Below the pieces are notes generated by a model. The model worked only from the letters and a program-made list of their open reading frames with translations, was not told the DNA's origin and searched no databases. From contig JASLHF010000027.1 of assembly GCA_030152275.1 (NCBI GenBank), forward strand, positions 332 to 64,331: a stretch of 64,000 nt of DNA, read 5' to 3'. The translations under genes were made by a program, and so were the position numbers. How positions within the stretch are numbered: the first letter of the stretch is position 1; the number at the start of each line of letters is the position of its first letter. Shown in pieces: positions 58,632 to 64,000 of this stretch. The DNA comes from Acinetobacter sp. Lineage in GTDB: Bacteria > Pseudomonadota > Gammaproteobacteria > Pseudomonadales > Moraxellaceae.

Positions 58632-59120
58632 ATGAAAAAAACATATTTAACAGTTTTAATGATGCTTTTGGCATCCAGCGCTTTTGCTGCAGAGAATAAG
58701 AAAACCGCAGCAGCGCCTGCTGCTGGGGATGATGTAACAGTCAATTCAGCCAACAGTTTTCGGGTGATTACTCGACCTGAAATTGTCGGGCTTTGGGGAA
58801 TGGAAATTCCAAATAACCGTAAATGTATTGAATACTACAATTTTAAAAGCAGCAGTGACGTGATTATCAAAAGCGGTGCTGAATGGTCTTCTGGAATTTA
58901 TGATTATCAACCGGCTCAAGATCCTTCCAGTGAAGTTCCTGCATTGGTGCTGCAAGTGAAATATGATAATAATGAAAAGGACTGTTCTGGCAATCAAGCA
59001 GACCAGACTGGAGAAATTTCTCAGTATTTTGTGAAATGGAAAAATCCAAGCACCATTAATTTTTGCACCAATGAAAAAGCCGATCAGTGCTTTGCAACAT
59101 TACGCAGGGTTTTGCCATAA
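58632..59120 (+). CDS. Secreted hypothetical protein
   Basis: Signal peptide ending AFA; four Cys. Confidence 0.75.
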   Translation: MKKTYLTVLMMLLASSAFAAENKKTAAAPAAGDDVTVNSANSFRVITRPEIVGLWGMEIPNNRKCIEYYNFKSSSDVIIKSGAEWSSGIYDYQPAQDPSSEVPALVLQVKYDNNEKDCSGNQADQTGEISQYFVKWKNPSTINFCTNEKADQCFATLRRVLP

Positions 59121-59472
59121 TCTAATATTTTTAAGGTTTTTAACGGTTAATATTCATGTGGTTTATGACAAAGCGCTAAGTACTTTTAGATCATAAAAAT
59201 TTTGTCTGAATGTTAGCGGCCTATGTGCGCTCCTAAGCGGCTTATTTTCTTGCCATTTACAGCTGGCTGCGTTGCGGGGGAAAGAGCAGTTTTATTTGGC
59301 AGGAATGTCTTAGGCTTGTATTACTTGATGCATCGCATATTTTATTTGAAGTCTTTTTAAAGATGAGAGCGCTCAACATTGAATTTTTTAAATCAAGAAT
59401 TTATCAATATAGAGCTGAAAGTTTACATATAAAAAAACCGCTGCTTTGAGCGGTTTTTTTATTGGCGGAAGC

Positions 59473-60837
59473 TTATTCTTTGTCTTTGTGACCTTCAAGC
59501 TGCTTCAATAAATGCTTTTCTAGATAGTGAATATCCATCGCATTTGTACAGAATTTCTTATCTTCTAAAATAAGATCTTTATGCAGCGGAATATTGGTTT
59601 TGACACCAATCAGAATCATTTCTTCCAGCGCCTGTTTCATGCGGGCAATAGATGTATCGCGGTCTTTGCCATGCGCAATCAGTTTTGCAATCATAGAATC
59701 GTAGTACGGCGGAATGCTGTAGCCTTGATAAATATGAGAGTCTAAGCGGATACCAGCACCGCCCGGCGCATAAAAATGCTCAATTTTACCCGGGGACGGC
59801 ATAAATGTCGTTGGGTCTTCAGCATTGATACGGCATTCCATGGCATGGCCTTTGCATTCGATATCTTCTTGCTGCAAGTTTAAGCCCAGTCCAGCGGCAA
59901 TGCGCAGCTGCTGTTCAATAATATCGACACCAGTAACCATTTCAGTTACAGGGTGTTCAACTTGAACACGCGTATTCATTTCGATGAAGAAGAATTCACC
60001 TTCTTCGAATAAAAATTCGAATGTGCCGGCGCCGCGGTATTGCATCATTTTACAAGCATTTACACATGCTTCTAAAATGTCTGCGCGGGCTTGTTCAGGT
60101 AAACCTGGGGCAGGCGCTTCTTCCAGTACTTTTTGGTGACGGCGCTGTAAAGAGCAATCGCGGTCAAATAAGTGAATGGCATGGCCGTTACCGTCGGCAA
60201 GTACTTGTACTTCGACATGGCGCGGTTTTTGCAAGAAGCGTTCCATATAAACGGTATCATCGCCAAACCACATTTCAGCATCACGCTGCGCAGCTTGTAC
60301 TGACTCCAGCAGCGTATCGACACGTTCTACGATACGCATGCCGCGGCCGCCGCCGCCTGAGGCTGCTTTCACAATCAGCGGAAAGCCAATTTCTTTTGCT
60401 TCAGCAAGTGCATTGTTTGGCGTTACAGCATGCGCTGACCCCGGTACAGTTGGCACTCCAGCTTTACGCATGGCCATAATCGCAGATACTTTATTGCCCA
60501 TCAGGCGGATATGTTCCGGGCGCGGGCCAATAAAGATAAAGCCTGAACTTTCTACAATTTCTGCAAATTCTGCATTTTCAGACAAGAAACCATAGCCTGG
60601 GTGAATTGCATCTGCGCCGGTAATTTCGGCAGCAGTAATAATGGCAGGAATATTCAGATAGCTTTCACTGCTTGCACCCGGACCAATGCAGACGGCTTCA
60701 TCACAGAAGCGTAAATGCATCAGGTCTTTATCTGCATCGGAATAAATCCCTACGGTTTTAATTCCTAAAGTTCTGCAGGCCCGGGTGATACGCAGCGCGA
60801 TTTCACCACGGTTTGCAATTAAAACTTTTTGCAACAT
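59473..60837 (-). CDS. accC: Acetyl-CoA carboxylase biotin carboxylase
   Basis: [36 protein letters not shown]. Confidence 0.97.
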   Translation of the reverse strand: MLQKVLIANRGEIALRITRACRTLGIKTVGIYSDADKDLMHLRFCDEAVCIGPGASSESYLNIPAIITAAEITGADAIHPGYGFLSENAEFAEIVESSGFIFIGPRPEHIRLMGNKVSAIMAMRKAGVPTVPGSAHAVTPNNALAEAKEIGFPLIVKAASGGGGRGMRIVERVDTLLESVQAAQRDAEMWFGDDTVYMERFLQKPRHVEVQVLADGNGHAIHLFDRDCSLQRRHQKVLEEAPAPGLPEQARADILEACVNACKMMQYRGAGTFEFLFEEGEFFFIEMNTRVQVEHPVTEMVTGVDIIEQQLRIAAGLGLNLQQEDIECKGHAMECRINAEDPTTFMPSPGKIEHFYAPGGAGIRLDSHIYQGYSIPPYYDSMIAKLIAHGKDRDTSIARMKQALEEMILIGVKTNIPLHKDLILEDKKFCTNAMDIHYLEKHLLKQLEGHKDKE

Positions 60838-60854
60838 TATTTTTCCCCGAGGTC

Positions 60855-61271
60855 TTATGCGCGGTAGCGGAACAATGGCTGACCGAATTGGATAACTTCG
60901 CCGTTTTTCACTAAAATTTCTTCAATCACACCGCTTTGAGTCGCTTCAATTGGGTTCATGATTTTCATAGCTTCAATGATGCCAAGTGTTTCGCCTGCAG
61001 ATACTGTTTGGCCCACTTTAATAAATGTAGGTTCGCCTGGGCTAGGCGCAGCATAGAACACGCCGACCATAGGTGAGGTTTCTACAGCGCCGCGCGGTGT
61101 TTTTGCTGCCGGTGCGGCGGCTGCTGGAGCAGGCATTGCAGGTGCTGCTGCTGCGATTACTTGAGTTGGGCGCGTTAACGCAATTGATTGGTCGCCTTCT
61201 TTAACTTCGATCGCCTGTAAGTCAGATTCAATCATCAGGTCGATGAGCTTCTTGATTTTGCGGATATCCAT
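60855..61271 (-). CDS. accB: Biotin carboxyl carrier protein
   Basis: [14 protein letters not shown] biotinylation motif. Confidence 0.97.
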   Translation of the reverse strand: MDIRKIKKLIDLMIESDLQAIEVKEGDQSIALTRPTQVIAAAAPAMPAPAAAAPAAKTPRGAVETSPMVGVFYAAPSPGEPTFIKVGQTVSAGETLGIIEAMKIMNPIEATQSGVIEEILVKNGEVIQFGQPLFRYRA

Positions 61272-61289
61272 GAGAACGTATTCCTAATT

Positions 61290-61745
61290 TTAAGATTGTA
61301 AAGATGGCTGGATTTTTTCAATGGCGTAATCGAGCGCGGCAGCATAGCCTTTCGCGCCTAAACCGCAAATTACGCCTACGGCTTTATCTGACAAATATGA
61401 ATGATGGCGGAAGGCTTCACGCGCATGTACATTCGACAAATGAATTTCAATAAACGGAATGGCTACACCAAGAAGCGCATCACGCACTGCGACAGAGGTA
61501 TGTGTCAATGCAGCAGGGTTAATAATGATGAACTGTACGCCTTCTTGCTGAGCCTGATGAATACGGTCGACAATGGCGCCTTCCCAGTTGCTTTGGAAGG
61601 TATTTAGTGAAATTGAAGCTTTTTGCGCTTGTGCAATGAGCTGCTGATTTATATCCTCAAGGGTGAGATATCCATAAACTTCAGGTTCTCGCTTTCCCAG
61701 CAAATTTAGATTCGGTCCATGAATGACCAAAATGGTCGAACTCAT
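61290..61745 (-). CDS. aroQ: Type II 3-dehydroquinate dehydratase
   Basis: [28 protein letters not shown]. Confidence 0.96.
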   Translation of the reverse strand: MSSTILVIHGPNLNLLGKREPEVYGYLTLEDINQQLIAQAQKASISLNTFQSNWEGAIVDRIHQAQQEGVQFIIINPAALTHTSVAVRDALLGVAIPFIEIHLSNVHAREAFRHHSYLSDKAVGVICGLGAKGYAAALDYAIEKIQPSLQS

Positions 61746-62007
61746 TCAGCTTGCTCCAATTAGAAATTGCCAAAATACTTTGCAAGATATCAGCAAAGTT
61801 TGCCTATTATGGCATAAAATTCCACATTTTTTTTATAAATTCTTTGAATTGACGTAGAAAGCATGTGCCAGAATTGAGCTATATAATGTGAATTTTGCAG
61901 ACATTTAGCAATGTTAAAAAATTACATTTTTTGTTTATTATTATTTTTTTACATTTTAAGCGCAATTGGCTAAAACTGTTCATATCATTTATGTAAATGA
62001 TATATTT

Positions 62008-63294
62008 TTAGCCAACACTTAATAATTCATTCCAGCATGTGGTATAGCGCGGAGAACGGTGTTCCTGCTTCATTTTCCATACAGTTTGGCGTGATGCATA
62101 GCCGGCTTGAATGCAATCTGCGCCGTATTTACGTTTCATAGCTTGTAAGGTGTTCATCAGCTGGCCACGCTGCTGGATTTTATCGATGGGCTGCCACAAA
62201 TCATAGGTATGCTGGCTTTTTAGCTCCAGTGCGCTTAAGAGCACAGAGATTTTAACGTACTTGATGTTTTCTTTAAATAAAACATCAATTTGTCTAAGCG
62301 CAGCCTGATTGATTTCAAGCAGGTCGTCGCTTGCATATTCTAGTCCTAAGGCATATGAAACAATTTTTTTATAAGGCGGCTGAGAGATTTTTTCATACAG
62401 TGAAACATGAATTACAGCACAAAGCTGATGCTGTGCGGTTAGGCGCTGGTGAGCTCGGTTAACGTGGAAAATCAAGGCTTGTTTTATGGTGTCTTTATCA
62501 CTGAGTGCTTGAGAAAAACTGCGGGAGGATAGAATCTGTTTAGATGGAATATTCGGGTCTTCCAGCGCAATGCAGGATTGACCTTTTAGCTCACGAATGG
62601 TGCGTCCGAGCAGTACGGAAAATTGTTTGCTCAGGTGGTGTTCATTGGCAAAAGTTAAATCATAGCTGCTGTGAATGTTAAAGCCAGCCAGCCTCTTGCT
62701 TATTTTACTGCCAATTCCCCAAACTTCTGATACTGGTGTTTGCATCATTAAGCTTTCTAAATTGCACAAATCCATGGCGGGCAGATTACAAACTGAACGG
62801 AAACCGGGGTAAGTTTTGGCAAAATGGTTGGCGAGTTTAGCTTGTGTTTTGCTGCTGCCAATACCAATGCAGCAGGGCAAGCCCAGCCATTGCTGGATGG
62901 TGTCAACCAAATCACGGCAGTACTGTTCACTTTGAACGAGGTTTTGATAGCTGCTGAGCCGTATAAAGCATTCATCAATAGAATAGGGCTCTAAGTCTTC
63001 GAGGCTAAAATGGGCTTGCAGAATCATAAAAAAACGGCGTGACATGTCTGCATACAGCGGATAATTGCTGGAAAATACTTGTACGCCAGCACGCAGCGCA
63101 TTTTCACGAACTTCATGCCATGGCGCTGCCATGCCAATTTTCAGCGCTTTGGCTTCATTGCTGCGTGACACTATACAGCCGTCATTGTTGGACAGTACCA
63201 CTACCGGCGTGCCGTTCAGAGCTGGTTTAAAGACTCGTTCACAGCTGACATAGCAGTTGTTTATATCGATTAAGGCAAAAGTTTCTTGATTCAT
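62008..63294 (-). CDS. umuC: Y-family DNA polymerase, UmuC-like
   Basis: D.NNCYVSCER, SNNDGC, YSIDE, SPRYTT; start at MNQETF. Confidence 0.88.
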   Translation of the reverse strand: MNQETFALIDINNCYVSCERVFKPALNGTPVVVLSNNDGCIVSRSNEAKALKIGMAAPWHEVRENALRAGVQVFSSNYPLYADMSRRFFMILQAHFSLEDLEPYSIDECFIRLSSYQNLVQSEQYCRDLVDTIQQWLGLPCCIGIGSSKTQAKLANHFAKTYPGFRSVCNLPAMDLCNLESLMMQTPVSEVWGIGSKISKRLAGFNIHSSYDLTFANEHHLSKQFSVLLGRTIRELKGQSCIALEDPNIPSKQILSSRSFSQALSDKDTIKQALIFHVNRAHQRLTAQHQLCAVIHVSLYEKISQPPYKKIVSYALGLEYASDDLLEINQAALRQIDVLFKENIKYVKISVLLSALELKSQHTYDLWQPIDKIQQRGQLMNTLQAMKRKYGADCIQAGYASRQTVWKMKQEHRSPRYTTCWNELLSVG

Positions 63295-63701
63295 ATTTTT
63301 ATGTGCATAGGCTTGGAAAAAGGATGTTGCCTTTGTTTTTTTTGAAAAAGTAACAAATTCAAAATAGCATAAATAGATTTTCATTTCAGATCAAATTCAA
63401 AACAGCCAATCAGATTAATGGTATGAGTTTGCCTCTTTTATATTTCAGTTTTAAAGTTGATGTGCGTGTATCTACTAAAATAGTGTTTTGAATAAAATAG
63501 ACCGAGGATTGGAAATAAATTAATGAGTTTCAGTGCTTTATGTTTTAATTATTTGTGAAGCATAGTCAGTTTTTAGCAGAAAAAATGATTTTTTTGTTAA
63601 TCAAGGTATAGTAAGTGCTTTAGGAACCATACTTTAGAATCAGCACGTATGATTTTATGGCCGTGTATAACTTTGGTTCAGAGTGTTTTGCAGAGGATAA
63701 G

Positions 63702-64000
63702 ATGAAGAAGATTGTGGGCTTATTGCTTGGGACATTATTAATTTCTGGATGCGCAACTTTGCCGGAAAGCAAAAATATCGGTACAGGCGGTTTGCTGCTG
63801 TGCGAAGCCAATGAGTTGTGTCCAACTGTATTGGTTGGCTGGAATAAACAGGCTAAAGATATGCTGAATATGCAAGTCAGCCTGAACAGTGTGAAACATT
63901 ATTATAATATTCAGCATATCAGTTTTAGCAATGGTCAAAAAACATTGGAGTTTGATCCGGTTGCAGCAACTGAGCAAGAACAGATATTGGGCATGTTCCG
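63702..64000 (+). CDS. Lipoprotein, runs off the window end
   Basis: GAGGA RBS; ISGC lipobox; frame open to the end. Confidence 0.7.
   Translation, partial: MKKIVGLLLGTLLISGCATLPESKNIGTGGLLLCEANELCPTVLVGWNKQAKDMLNMQVSLNSVKHYYNIQHISFSNGQKTLEFDPVAATEQEQILGMF

Overview
Most of the window (about 767-55716, ~54.9 kb) is an apparently complete temperate prophage of an Acinetobacter-like host. It has lambdoid control genes (int, xis, cI, cro, cII, O/P-like, Q-like), Mu-like head genes, a non-contractile tail module, a holin and a muramidase. It is integrated into the 5' end of an MFS transporter gene, which it restores with a synonymously recoded 5' segment. The first ~770 bp appear to be the right end of a second, related element at the same site, with different arm-type repeats and a decayed antirepressor tail. 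55.7-64 kb is host backbone (MFS, diguanylate cyclase, accC, accB, aroQ, umuC-like). Main signals: (1) a duplicated cassette between Q and terminase: small RNA, unknown protein, cold-shock protein, membrane peptide; (2) a ~160-nt multi-branched candidate ncRNA with its own promoter; (3) the heptamer GGCCTGG/CCAGGCC, counted 30 times by eye in a phage that also carries a nested two-frame C5 methyltransferase and two Vsr/DUF559-like nucleases; (4) an NdpA-like plus membrane-protein pair in the rexAB position; (5) stress/desiccation-type cargo near attR. All family calls come from motif recognition by eye; no database searches were run.
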